Source: Dehalococcoidia bacterium
Lineage (GTDB): Bacteria; Chloroflexota; Dehalococcoidia; Bin125
Direction: 5' to 3'
Assembly (NCBI GenBank): GCA_963555985.3
Contig: OY820591.1
Span: 2,752,001-2,816,000, forward strand
DNA length: 64,000 nucleotides
Part shown: positions 29,338 through 38,698 of the stretch, piece after piece
Layout: every line of letters starts with the position of its first letter
How positions within the stretch are numbered: position 1 is the stretch's first letter
Notes under the pieces: model-generated
Database searches by the model: none
Told to the model about the DNA's origin: nothing
What the model saw: only the letters and a program-made list of their open reading frames with translations
Program-made: the position numbers and the translations under genes

Positions 29338-30636
29338 TTAGCGCGGGCGGGTGTGGCCTTGACCTCGGACGACCCACTTGTAGGAGGTGAGTTCTCTCAG
29401 GCCCATGGGGCCTCTGGCGTGAATCTTGCCGGTGGAGATGCCGACTTCGGCGCCGAGGCCGAATTCGCCGCCGTCGGTGAACTGGGTGGAGGCGTTGACG
29501 TAGACGGCGGCGGCGTCGACTTCGCGGAGGAAGCGTTCGGCGAGGCTGGGGTCGTTGGTAAGGATGGCTTCGGAGTGGCCGGAGCCGTGCTCGGCGATGT
29601 GGTTGAGGGCGGTTTCGGCGTCGGGAACGACGCGGACGGCGGCGGTCATCGAGAGGAACTCGGTGTCGAAGTCGTGGTCGCCGGCGGGGACGGCTTGGGC
29701 GGGGCCGTTGGCGAGCAGGGCGAGGGCGCTGTCGTCGGCGCGGAGTTCGACCCCGCCGTCGGCGCGATTTGCGGCTGACCAGCGTTGCGCGAGGCCGGGC
29801 AGGAAGGCTGCGGCGACGCCCTCATGCACGAGCAGCACATCGAGCGCGTTGCAGATCGAGACGCGCCGCGTCTTGGCGTTGTCGACCACATCCAGCGCCA
29901 TATCCAGATCGGCCTCAGCATCGACGTAGGTGTGGCAGATGCCGATCCCGCCGGCGACGACGGGCATTGAGGCTTGGTCGCGGACGCGCTCGATTAATGC
30001 TTTGCCGCCTCTGGGCACCATCAGGTCGATCAGGTCGTTCATCGCCAGCATTTCGCCGACCAGGGCGCGATCAGGGCTGCGCACCAGCTGGGCGGCGTTG
30101 GCGGGCAGACCGGACTCGCTGAGAGCGTCCTGCAAGATTTCGGCCAAGAGGCGGTTCGAGCGGCGCGCCTCGCGGCCGCCGCGCAGGACGCAGGCGTTGC
30201 CGCTCTTGAGGCAGATCGCGCCGATGTCGATGGTGACGTTGGGGCGGCTCTCGTAGACGGAGGCGATCACGCCCAGGGGCACGCGCACGCGCTCGATCCG
30301 CAGGCCACCGCCGGTCACGTGCGAGTCGATGGTCTCGCCCACAGGATCGTCGAGCTCGGCGAGCTGCTCGGTCGCTGCGGCGAGCGCATCTACACGATCG
30401 GGGGTGAGGCGCAAGCGGTCGATCATGGCGTCGCTGAGATGGCCTTCGGCGTCGGCCACGTCTTCGCTGTTGGCGGTCACGATTGTGTCGCAGCGCTCGC
30501 GCAGGAGGCGGGCGGTGGCGAAGAGCACGGCGTCCTTCTGCTCGCGGGTCGCCAGTGCGAGCGCGGGCGCGGCCGCTGCGGCGGCTTCGACCTGGGATCG
30601 GAGTTCGGCGCTGGCGGAGATTTCGATGGTGGTCAT
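29338..30636 (-). CDS. proA: Gamma-glutamyl phosphate reductase
   Basis: VPLGVIASVYESRPNVT, KSGNACVLRGG, SICNA, HGSGHSEAI, NASTQFTDGGEFGLGAEVGIST..HARGPMGL. Confidence 0.97.
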   Translation of the reverse strand: MTTIEISASAELRSQVEAAAAAAPALALATREQKDAVLFATARLLRERCDTIVTANSEDVADAEGHLSDAMIDRLRLTPDRVDALAAATEQLAELDDPVGETIDSHVTGGGLRIERVRVPLGVIASVYESRPNVTIDIGAICLKSGNACVLRGGREARRSNRLLAEILQDALSESGLPANAAQLVRSPDRALVGEMLAMNDLIDLMVPRGGKALIERVRDQASMPVVAGGIGICHTYVDAEADLDMALDVVDNAKTRRVSICNALDVLLVHEGVAAAFLPGLAQRWSAANRADGGVELRADDSALALLANGPAQAVPAGDHDFDTEFLSMTAAVRVVPDAETALNHIAEHGSGHSEAILTNDPSLAERFLREVDAAAVYVNASTQFTDGGEFGLGAEVGISTGKIHARGPMGLRELTSYKWVVRGQGHTRPR

Positions 30637-30654
30637 TGGTTGTTTCCGATTTCG

Positions 30655-30990
30655 CTAGCGTCTGAGTCCGCGCTTGCGCGGGGGATTGGGCGGATTGCCG
30701 ACACCGATGAAGGCGTATTCGTCGCTGGTCACGCCGAGCCGTTCGATTGCGCCTTCGACCACGTCGATCCGGGTGCTGTCTTCCGCGCCCCTTGCGCGCA
30801 GCAGATAGCCGCCGCCGAAACTGTGCTCAGGGTTGGAGAGGGAGGAGAATTTGCCCCGCCAGCGGCGCTCGCGGACGCCGGCGCTGGTGGTGGTCTCGAT
30901 GTCAACGATCGCAAAGCACTCGGTCAGCTGCTGCCCGCGCAGAGTGAGCAGATCGGCCTTGAATTGGCGGCGGCGGCGCATCGTGCTCAT
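30655..30990 (-). CDS. Hypothetical protein
   Basis: 111 aa, AGGAG RBS, co-oriented between the MFS gene and proA. Confidence 0.6.
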   Translation of the reverse strand: MSTMRRRRQFKADLLTLRGQQLTECFAIVDIETTTSAGVRERRWRGKFSSLSNPEHSFGGGYLLRARGAEDSTRIDVVEGAIERLGVTSDEYAFIGVGNPPNPPRKRGLRR

Positions 30991-31015
30991 GGCGCTCTCC
31001 TGGAGCCAGTCTATG

Positions 31016-32308
31016 TCAGCGGCTGCGCTGGGGCGCGAAGGTCGCGGCCACTCGTGGATCGGAGCCGACCAGGCGCCGGATCACGACCGGCCAAAAGACG
31101 GCGGTCAGCAGCATCAGCGCCGCCGCCTCGATCACGACCGCGATCAGGCCGCCCTGGATGCCGAACCAGTCGAAGAGCAGGAATACCTGTAGTCCCGTCA
31201 GTGGGCCGATTCCGATCACCATCGAGAGCACGCCGATCACGCGGCCCCGCATTTCGGGCGGGGTGCGGGTGACGAGGATGGCGGTCTGCATGATCGCAAA
31301 GGCGGAGAAACCGAAGCCCATGCTGAAGGCGACGACGGCGGAGAGCTCATAGACGGGCGAAAGCGCCATGCCGGTCACGCAGAGAATGAACCAGGCCGTG
31401 CCGGCGTAGTAGATCCGGCCCGACTGTCCCCAGCTGGACCAGCCGGCGATGGCCAGCGCGCTGACAAACGATCCGAGGCCGACCAAGGCTTCGAGCACGC
31501 CGATCCGCAGCTTGCTGACGTCTAAGAGTTCTTGTCCGATATCGGGCAGGGCGGCGGCGTAGGCCGGGAAGAGCAGGTTGAAGGCCAGCGTGACGAGCAG
31601 GGTGCCGACCAGCAGATTGTTGCCGCGGATGTAGCGCAGTCCGGCGGAGATGTCGACCATGATCTCGCGTGCGACCTGACCCCAGCCTTGCGCGGCCGCG
31701 CCGGAGTGGACGGGCTGGCGATAGGAGAGCGTGGAGGCGATCAGAGCGACGATGATGAAGACGATTGCGGTGAAGAGGTAGGCCCACTCTGCGCCCAACT
31801 CCTGGAGCAGTCCCGCGCCAATCAGCGGGCCGGGGATGCGCACGACCGAGTCGGTGCTCCAGTCGAGGCCGACCGCGCGTCCGACCTGGTGGGGCTGGAC
31901 GACGTCGGCGATCATCGCGCGGCGGGTAGGGAACTCGACCGACCAGACGATTCCGGTGATGAAGACGAAGATCAGCAGTTGCCAGAACTGGATGTCGGTG
32001 AGGGCGACGACGGCGGTGAGTCCGAAGTACATCACCGAGAGGATGATCAGCGAGGCGATCCAGATGCGGCGGCGGTCGAAGCGGTCGGCGAGCGCGCCCA
32101 CGAACATGCCGAAGAGCAGGCGGGGCAGCATCCGGATCAGGAAGGCGAGCGCGACGAAGCCCGCCGCTTCGGTGAGGTCGCGGGCGTAGAGCGAGAGCAC
32201 GAGCATGTCGAGCCAGCGCACCATGCCGGTGATCGCGCCGGCTAACCAGACCCGCCGAAACCCGGGGTTCGACAGCAAACTCCGTGACGAACCCGGGGGC
32301 CGATTCAC
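31016..32308 (-). CDS. MFS transporter
   Basis: FRRVWLAG, GALADRFDRRRI, PPEMRGRV; about 12 TM helices. Confidence 0.93.
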   Translation of the reverse strand: MNRPPGSSRSLLSNPGFRRVWLAGAITGMVRWLDMLVLSLYARDLTEAAGFVALAFLIRMLPRLLFGMFVGALADRFDRRRIWIASLIILSVMYFGLTAVVALTDIQFWQLLIFVFITGIVWSVEFPTRRAMIADVVQPHQVGRAVGLDWSTDSVVRIPGPLIGAGLLQELGAEWAYLFTAIVFIIVALIASTLSYRQPVHSGAAAQGWGQVAREIMVDISAGLRYIRGNNLLVGTLLVTLAFNLLFPAYAAALPDIGQELLDVSKLRIGVLEALVGLGSFVSALAIAGWSSWGQSGRIYYAGTAWFILCVTGMALSPVYELSAVVAFSMGFGFSAFAIMQTAILVTRTPPEMRGRVIGVLSMVIGIGPLTGLQVFLLFDWFGIQGGLIAVVIEAAALMLLTAVFWPVVIRRLVGSDPRVAATFAPQRSR

Positions 32309-32319
32309 TCAGTTGTCCG

Positions 32320-32868
32320 CTACGCCTCGGCTGCGAGACGCTCCCGCACCCGTTCCTGGAATTCGCGATCTTCGCGCTTGCCCCGATACACCGTCAGGTC
32401 AATTGCGCGCCAGACTTCGGGCGTGATCTTGAACAGCATTCGCGGCTCGGTCTGCATGTTGGCGAAGAAGGCGTCTACAGCATCGTCGTTGGCCGGATCG
32501 CCGCGGCCGACGTACTTCTCCGCCAGCAGCCGCGAGGTTGGCCAGATGTCGAACTCGGGCAGGGTGAACGCCTCCGCTGTGCCGTCGATCCCGATATGCC
32601 CGGGCCCGGGCGTGGAACGCTCGATGCAGAACGAAACGCGCGGATCGCGCATCAGTTGCTTGCACCAGACGCGGCTGAGCGTACCGGTGAACCAGAAGTG
32701 TCCGCGCGGCGGATTGCGCACTGGATGCGCGTCGTCGTCCACCTCACCCTCCCAGAGGAACCAGAGCGGGACGGTGTAGGGTCGTCCGTCGGCGCGCAGC
32801 GAGGCCAACACGCAACTCTCCGGTTGCTGGAGGAACTCGCGGATCACATCGGGTCGCATTCTGGCCAT
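32320..32868 (-). CDS. PPOX-class (F420-binding) protein, paralogue A
   Basis: LASLRADGRPYTVPLWF, RDPRVSFCI. Confidence 0.88.
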   Translation of the reverse strand: MARMRPDVIREFLQQPESCVLASLRADGRPYTVPLWFLWEGEVDDDAHPVRNPPRGHFWFTGTLSRVWCKQLMRDPRVSFCIERSTPGPGHIGIDGTAEAFTLPEFDIWPTSRLLAEKYVGRGDPANDDAVDAFFANMQTEPRMLFKITPEVWRAIDLTVYRGKREDREFQERVRERLAAEA

Positions 32869-32929
32869 CTCAACTCCCCCATCCGTCAGTCTGTCACTGC
32901 ACCGACATTGCCCCGATGGTAAGCCAACG

Positions 32930-33216
32930 TTGCCCGCGCTCCGTCATTGCCGCCCTTCTCCGTCATTGCCGCGCTCCGCCGCGGCAATCTCGCCGTGGTC
33001 GAATGCCGACCCCACCTCAGCGGCAAGTCTGCCATATAAGCCCCTTTGCAAAGGTCTCCTGTGGGCGCGTTGGAGCTTGGGGGGGCGGATCGCGCGATGC
33101 AAGGTCGGCGGTACGACCAGCTTGGGAGTGGCTTCATACTTGGTTGCTTCGAGATTCCCGCCTGCGCGGGAATGACGGAAATGGGGGTTTGCGCAGGCCG
33201 CTCTGCATGGGAATGA
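32930..33216. repeat. Palindromic repeat cluster between the PPOX paralogues
   Basis: cgtcattgccgcgctccgccgcggcaatctc at 32961; tttgcaaaggtctc at ~33045; conserved spacer 33085-33160; attcccgcctgcgcgggaat at 33154. Confidence 0.85.
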
Positions 33217-33240
33217 CAGTGGCACCTGGGCCTTGCCGGG

Positions 33241-33744
33241 TCAGATGTCCTGGCCCGGCTCAAACTCCGACAGATCAATCGCCCGCCACTTGATCGGCGC
33301 GACCTTGAACAGCATCGGCGTCATCGACTGCGTCGACTCCATGTACTGGTCAACCGCTTCGTCGTTGGCCGGATCGCCGCGTCCGACGTACTTCTCCACC
33401 AGCCGGCGCATGATCGGCCACGGATCGGCGTCCGCCTCGGACAAGACCTCAACCGTCCCGTCGATGCCCACATGCTTGGCTGGCGGTCCCTCCACATCGA
33501 TACAGAGGGACATGCGCGGATCCTGCTGCAAGTGCCGGACCCAGGTGCTCGTCTCGCCACCCAGGAACCAGGCGTGGCCCTGCGGCGGATTGCGGATCGG
33601 ATGCACATCGTCCGGCACCTCGCCTTCCCACAGGTACCAGAGCGGGATCGTGTAGGGACTGCCGTCGCGCCGCAGCGTCGCCAGGATCGCCGGCAGCGGC
33701 TCATCCAGGAACTCACGCAGGACTTCGGCTCGCATCTCAAACAT
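33241..33744 (-). CDS. PPOX-class (F420-binding) protein, paralogue B
   Basis: LATLRRDGSPYTIPLWY; shares HP.RNPP.GH and KYVGRGDPAND with paralogue A. Confidence 0.88.
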   Translation of the reverse strand: MFEMRAEVLREFLDEPLPAILATLRRDGSPYTIPLWYLWEGEVPDDVHPIRNPPQGHAWFLGGETSTWVRHLQQDPRMSLCIDVEGPPAKHVGIDGTVEVLSEADADPWPIMRRLVEKYVGRGDPANDEAVDQYMESTQSMTPMLFKVAPIKWRAIDLSEFEPGQDI

Positions 33745-33758
33745 CGCGCAATCCTTCC

Positions 33759-34673
33759 TTACGGCGTTGAGGGCAGACCGAGCAGTTCCCGCGCTTCCCC
33801 CGGACTCGCAACTGGACGCCCGACCTCGTCGCAGAGCGAGACCAGTTCCTCAAGCAGCTCGGTATTCGAGGGCGCGCGATCCCCGTCCCAGAAGTCCTCG
33901 AGGCCGACGCGGACGTGTCCGCCCTTCTCCAGCGCGAGACGGGCGAATCCGCTGCCCACGACATCTCCGCCGAGCACGGCGACCGACCATTCCAGGCCGG
34001 TGCCTTCGAGCATCGAGAGGTAGGCGTCGAGGCAGGGTTCGTTGGGCAGCATTCCGAAGCCCAGCGGGCCGCGGCCGGTACCGCCGAAGTAGAGCTTGAC
34101 GAGGGAGCCGCTCGGTACCAGTCCCTTGGCCGCGTAGGCGAGCACGACGCGGAGGAAGCCCGGTTCGAAGATCGAGATTGACGCGCCGCGACCCATGCGG
34201 TTGGCCAGGGCAAACATCTGACGCGCGTCGCGGTAGGTGTTGATGTAGACCGCGTCGACGTCATTCGGCAGGCCGTCCGCATCGCCGCCGCCCAGTGCGA
34301 CGCAGCCCGGGTCGATCAGACCCTGGCCCAACACGCCCGCCGCCTCCAGCGCCGCGAGGTGGCTGAGCCGCACGTGAATGTCGGTACCCGGCCCGCCGCT
34401 GGCCTGGGTGGGATAGAAGATCGTGTCCGGGCGTTGGTCGAGCGCCGCGCTCCAGGCGTCGATGTAGGGCTGCGGATCGTGCCAACCGGCGCGCAAGCGC
34501 GAGCGCTCGCCGATCACCTCGTCGTCGTTGTGGTTATGCACGATCGCCGCGCCCGCATCAACGGCGCGCACCGCGTCGGCTGCGATCTCCTCGACCGAAC
34601 GAGGGGAGTTGGAGTTGCGGGATTTGGGCGTGCCGCCGTTGATGGCGGCTTCGATCACGACAGGTTTGGACAT
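33759..34673 (-). CDS. 3-keto-5-aminohexanoate cleavage enzyme family (BKACE/DUF849)
   Basis: IEAAING, AGAAIVHNH, GGHVRVGLED, SNTELLEE, VASPGEARELLG. Confidence 0.92.
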   Translation of the reverse strand: MSKPVVIEAAINGGTPKSRNSNSPRSVEEIAADAVRAVDAGAAIVHNHNDDEVIGERSRLRAGWHDPQPYIDAWSAALDQRPDTIFYPTQASGGPGTDIHVRLSHLAALEAAGVLGQGLIDPGCVALGGGDADGLPNDVDAVYINTYRDARQMFALANRMGRGASISIFEPGFLRVVLAYAAKGLVPSGSLVKLYFGGTGRGPLGFGMLPNEPCLDAYLSMLEGTGLEWSVAVLGGDVVGSGFARLALEKGGHVRVGLEDFWDGDRAPSNTELLEELVSLCDEVGRPVASPGEARELLGLPSTP

Positions 34674-34730
34674 GGTTCAGCCTCCGTGCAGGGTTGCAGT
34701 CTAGGCGTTGCTCTCAGCCCCTCCCCGCCT

Positions 34731-34848
34731 CCGTCATTGCCGCGCTCCGCCGCAGCCTGCCCCTGGCCTGAACAGGGGGCAATCTCGCCGTGTTCGCGAC
34801 GACGGTGCAGATAACGGCGAGATACCCGCGACAAGCGCGGGTATGACG
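34731..34848. repeat. Inverted REP doublet with nested hairpin insert
   Basis: cgtcattgccgcg...ggcaatctc, a spacer, then gagatacccgcgacaagcgcgggtatgacg; homologous to 35261-35350, 37457-37556 and 56718-56810. Confidence 0.88.
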
Positions 34849-34956
34849 ATCCTTGATCTACGCAACGGCCTCCGCAGCCAGTGAACCCAAACCACATCCC
34901 CGCATCTCTGTCACCCACGTCACAACCCGCACTGCCTCAAACCGTCTATCCTGATG

Positions 34957-34970
34957 CGAACATCAGTACA
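34957..34970. promoter_or_regulatory. Putative LexA (SOS) box
   Basis: CGAAC-ATCA-GTAC immediately after a TATCCT -10-like hexamer. Confidence 0.45.
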
Positions 34971-35032
34971 CCAACAGCTCGCAAGGCGGCTCAATCATGC
35001 TCAGCTTCCCGCAGCCCCGGAGCCAATCAAGG

Positions 35033-35168
35033 CTGAACAAACCTGAACATCCTGAACGCCGTTCAGCCCGAGCAAGCCTGAACAACGCTGAACGCCCTGA
35101 ACAGCGTTTCTCCCAGCCAACACAGGAGATCAGCGATCTGCGCCGGCCAGAAAAAATTCTTCCTGAAC
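35033..35168 (+). repeat. Phased CTGAAC hexamer array
   Basis: ctgaac at 35033, 35043, 35052; 35078, 35088, 35097; and 35163. Confidence 0.8.
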
Positions 35169-35260
35169 GCCTGGGGCCGTCTTTTTTTTCGGCTCGCCCA
35201 AGAGTTTTTTTCTTCTCCCGAGTGCCGTCCGTTCGGAAGCGAACGAGGATGCAGGTTCCG

Positions 35261-35350
35261 CTGCCGCGCTGCGCAAGGGCAATCTCGATCCGTTGGCGAC
35301 GATGGCGCTGGTCACGGCGAGATACCCGCGGCAAGCGCGGGTATGACGGT
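35261..35350. repeat. Inverted REP doublet
   Basis: ctgccgcg...ggcaatctc, spacer, gagatacccgcggcaagcgcgggtatgacg. Confidence 0.8.
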
Positions 35351-35467
35351 TGTTCATCGGTCTCCGGGGGAGAGAGAAAGGGATTGTTGGCGGAGCTGCG
35401 TTTCTCTGTCTCTGGCAATTCCGATCCCGATTTGGCATATTGCGCGTGAACGAACAGGAGCACCGCC

Positions 35468-36766
35468 ATGATGATCGGCTACTTCACCGAGCGACCCTAC
35501 CAGGACCCGCAGACTGGGTTCTTCGGTGCGACCGGACTTGACCTGACCGACCTCGACGCCTCGAACTCGGCCTACGACCCGCGCGTTGGTTCCGACCTCT
35601 ACCACCGCTATCTAGACGAGAAACTGTATGCGGAGGAGATGGGCTTCGACGCGCTGATGCTGAACGAACATCACTCCACGCCCTTCTGTATGGGTTCGGT
35701 GATGAATGTGGAGGCGGCGATCCTGGCGCGGATCACGCGCAAGGCCAAGATCGTGCTGCTGGGCAACATCCTGCCGATCTGGGAGGATCCGCTCTGGCTG
35801 GCGGAGACGCTGGCCCAGATCGACATGATCTCGGGCGGACGGTTGGTCACCGGCTGGGTGCGCGGCGGCGGGCGTGAGTCGGTCTCGCACAACGCCCAGG
35901 CGCCCTTCAACTGGGAGCGCTTCCAGGAGGCGCACGACTTTGTGGTCAAAGCCTGGTCGACCGCCGGCCCCTTCCGCTGGGAGGGCGAGCACTACAACTT
36001 CCGCTACGTGAATCCGTGGTCGCGCCCGATCCAGGACCCGCATCCGCAGATCTGGATCCCGGGGATCATGTCGCGCAACACGGTCAAGTGGACGGCGGAG
36101 CACCGCTACCCCTACATCATGCTCGCCACCGACCTCGAGCCGACCAAGCAGTCGTTCGACTACTACGACGAGGTGGCGCGGGAGAACGGCTATGAGGCCG
36201 GCTCCGAGCATCACGGCTACCTCTTCAAAGTCCACGTGGACGAGACCGAAGAGCTGGCCGAGGAAGCGGGCCGCCGCTACCTGCAAGGCCCCTCCAACCC
36301 CTTCCTCGAAGGCAATCAGGGCGTCGTCCGCGCCAATCTCCAGAACCTGCCCGGCCTGACCTCGCGCACCAACGTCCTGCCCACGATCCAGAACTTCGCC
36401 GCCGCCGCCTCGCGCGGTCGCACCGCCGCCGCCGAAGCCGCCCTCGCCGCCCGCGAGCAGGAGCAGCCCGAAGCAGCCGACATCTTCGGCTCCTACGAAG
36501 ACCAGAAGGCGCGAATGACGATCATCACGGGCACGCCCAAAACGGTGATTCCCAAGATCCGGCACGTGCTCGAATACCTGCGCCCCGGCCAGATTTTCTT
36601 CTGGGACGGCGACGGCGCAATGACGCACGAAGACTCAATGCGCTCCCTGCGCCTGTTCGGCGAGGAAGTGATCCCGGCCACGCGCGAGATCGCCAAGGAG
36701 CTCGATCTCAAATCAGCCTTCGAGGTGGACACCAAGACGGGCGCCGATCTGACCGCGGCACCGTAG
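35468..36766 (+). CDS. LLM-class flavin-dependent monooxygenase
   Basis: AEEMGFDALMLNEHH, LAETLAQIDMISGGRL, PIQDPHPQIW, LFGEEVIP. Confidence 0.93.
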   Translation: MMIGYFTERPYQDPQTGFFGATGLDLTDLDASNSAYDPRVGSDLYHRYLDEKLYAEEMGFDALMLNEHHSTPFCMGSVMNVEAAILARITRKAKIVLLGNILPIWEDPLWLAETLAQIDMISGGRLVTGWVRGGGRESVSHNAQAPFNWERFQEAHDFVVKAWSTAGPFRWEGEHYNFRYVNPWSRPIQDPHPQIWIPGIMSRNTVKWTAEHRYPYIMLATDLEPTKQSFDYYDEVARENGYEAGSEHHGYLFKVHVDETEELAEEAGRRYLQGPSNPFLEGNQGVVRANLQNLPGLTSRTNVLPTIQNFAAAASRGRTAAAEAALAAREQEQPEAADIFGSYEDQKARMTIITGTPKTVIPKIRHVLEYLRPGQIFFWDGDGAMTHEDSMRSLRLFGEEVIPATREIAKELDLKSAFEVDTKTGADLTAAP

Positions 36767-37063
36767 GCGTTCTCAGTCGTCAAGAAGGCTGCCAGTGGGT
36801 ATGTTGAAGTCCATGGCAGCCTTCAACCGGATCAAGCAGATCCGCGTTGGGAGAGGCATGTGTGCCCGAGCGAGCGCGTATCCGCTCCTCACCGACCAGG
36901 CGCGAATTCAGGCAGGGCCTCACGCGCAGGCAGCGGGCATCGCTGGTCAAGTTCACGCTCGTTTGAGCTACTTTGCTAGCAGTTGCCGTTGCCGGCAGTG
37001 GGATTTTCCGGAGCCGATGACGGTCGCACGCTGAGCTCTCTTCGAGAGGATTACACTCCAGAC

Positions 37064-37339
37064 ATGGCGCTGATACAGCAACTCCGCATCTTCGAGATCA
37101 TCAAGCCTCATTGGGGCAGCGATGACGCACGTCACTTCGTTAATGCCCTGGGCGATGAACTCGATCCTCTCGTCAAGGACGAACAAGTCCGTTCCATCGT
37201 TCGAGAGATGACAGCGCTGTTCGGTGCAGCTCTTGCTCAATCAGAAGCGCGCGTGATCAAATTCGTTGTTGGCGCAAGCGCAGCCGTGATCGCGACCATG
37301 GGCATCTGTACCGGCATCATCGTCGCCTTCCTCGGTTAA
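37064..37339 (+). CDS. Small protein with C-terminal TM helix (DUF1640-like)
   Basis: GAGGA RBS; helical N-terminus then EARVIKFVVG and a hydrophobic tail. Confidence 0.6.
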   Translation: MALIQQLRIFEIIKPHWGSDDARHFVNALGDELDPLVKDEQVRSIVREMTALFGAALAQSEARVIKFVVGASAAVIATMGICTGIIVAFLG

Positions 37340-37456
37340 CTGCCGGGGCCTCGCCCGTGTCGTTCATTGGCGAGTGGTGACGGTATTCTTCGACCACCGG
37401 CGGCGAAGCACGCGATGAAACTCAAGATCGACAACGAAGCTGACGCGCCCATAGCA

Positions 37457-37556
37457 CCGTCATACCCGCGCTTGCCGCGGGTATCTCGCTGAGTCGAGCA
37501 CGAACGTTGGTGCAGCACATGGCGAGATTGCCGCGGCGGGGCACGGCAATGACGGA
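37457..37556. repeat. Inverted REP doublet (reverse orientation)
   Basis: cgtcatacccgcgcttgccgcgggtatctc ... gagattgccgcggcggggcacggcaatgacg. Confidence 0.85.
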
Positions 37557-37651
37557 GACGAGGGATTGCGCATCGGTCTCTGCGAGGGGGAGCAGAAGCT
37601 CAAAGCGCCGCTGTGATCGATCCCTCATTCGCCCATCTGAACAGGCTCGGG

Positions 37652-38620
37652 CTAGCGCAATTCGTCCACGATCTCCGACAACTCCGCCATCGCCTCCATC
37701 TGACGCTCCGGATGAATATCCCAGGCCGGAACATCGTACGCGGGCATCGTCAGCGCATGATCCAGACCTGCATCCGAATATGCCCCCAGCGTGTCCACGA
37801 TCTGGTCTCGGGAACCGCCGGCGACCGCTGGAAACGCGCTCACGCTTGACGGATCGCCGCTGAGCAGCACCATCGGACCCAGCATCGAGACTTCGACCTC
37901 TGCGGGGTCCCGACCGGCCCGTTCGAGCTCTTCGTTGACCAGCGCGATCTCGGCTGCGACCTCATCGGGCGTTGACGTGATCGTGTGGTAACCGTCGCCG
38001 TAGCGCGCGACTCGGCGGGCGGCAATCGGCCCCTTGCCGCCGATCCAGATTGGGACGTGAGGCTGCTGCACGCACTGCACCAGACCGCCCATTTCGCCGA
38101 AGCTACGGAACTCGCCTTCGTAGGAGATCGGGCCGTCGCCGGTCCAGGCTGCCTGGGCGATCCGCATCCACTCGTCCGTCACCGCGCCCCGGCGGGTGAA
38201 CGGCTCTCCGCCCAGGCCCAGCGCCTCAAACTCCTCCTCCATCCAGCCCACGCCGATGCCCAGCACGATCCGTCCGTGCGAGAGCCGATCGAGCGTGGCG
38301 ATCATCTGCGCCTGCACGAGCGGGTCGCGGTAGGGGATGATCAGGACGCTGGTCCCGATCTGCACCTGGCTGGTGCGCACCGCCACCGCCGCCATCGTGG
38401 CGATCGGGTCGAAGATGTCCTGGTGATAGGCGAAGCCGGCGACGCCGCTCTCGTTGTAGGGATAGCGCGAGCCGATCCGGGCGGGCATGAAGACGTGATC
38501 GTGTACCCAAACCGAGTCGAAGCCGAGCAGCTCTGCGCGCTCGGCGACGTCGACCACATCGCTGATGTCGCCGTACTTGCCGTAGGTGCCGAAGTTGCCA
38601 ATCGGAATCCCAAACTTCAT
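37652..38620 (-). CDS. LLM-class F420-dependent oxidoreductase (Rv2161c-like), paralogue A
   Basis: GFDSVWVHDHV, SRYPYNESG, GTSVLIIPYRDP, GIGVGWMEEEFEALG. Confidence 0.93.
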   Translation of the reverse strand: MKFGIPIGNFGTYGKYGDISDVVDVAERAELLGFDSVWVHDHVFMPARIGSRYPYNESGVAGFAYHQDIFDPIATMAAVAVRTSQVQIGTSVLIIPYRDPLVQAQMIATLDRLSHGRIVLGIGVGWMEEEFEALGLGGEPFTRRGAVTDEWMRIAQAAWTGDGPISYEGEFRSFGEMGGLVQCVQQPHVPIWIGGKGPIAARRVARYGDGYHTITSTPDEVAAEIALVNEELERAGRDPAEVEVSMLGPMVLLSGDPSSVSAFPAVAGGSRDQIVDTLGAYSDAGLDHALTMPAYDVPAWDIHPERQMEAMAELSEIVDELR

Positions 38621-38639
38621 CTCAAGCTCCTGATCTCCA

Positions 38640-38690
38640 CTCTCCCCCCGCTCTGTGGGGGGAGATGTCCCGTAGGGACAGAGGGGGGTC
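38640..38690. repeat. Double-hairpin repeat
   Basis: ctctccccccgctctgtggggggagatgtcccgtagggacagaggggggtc, inverted relative of 19661-19710. Confidence 0.85.
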
Positions 38691-38698
38691 TGCCACTC

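Noticed and set aside
36770-37060. Possible gene remnant downstream of the LLM gene
   Set aside because: No recognisable motif or consistent coding frame
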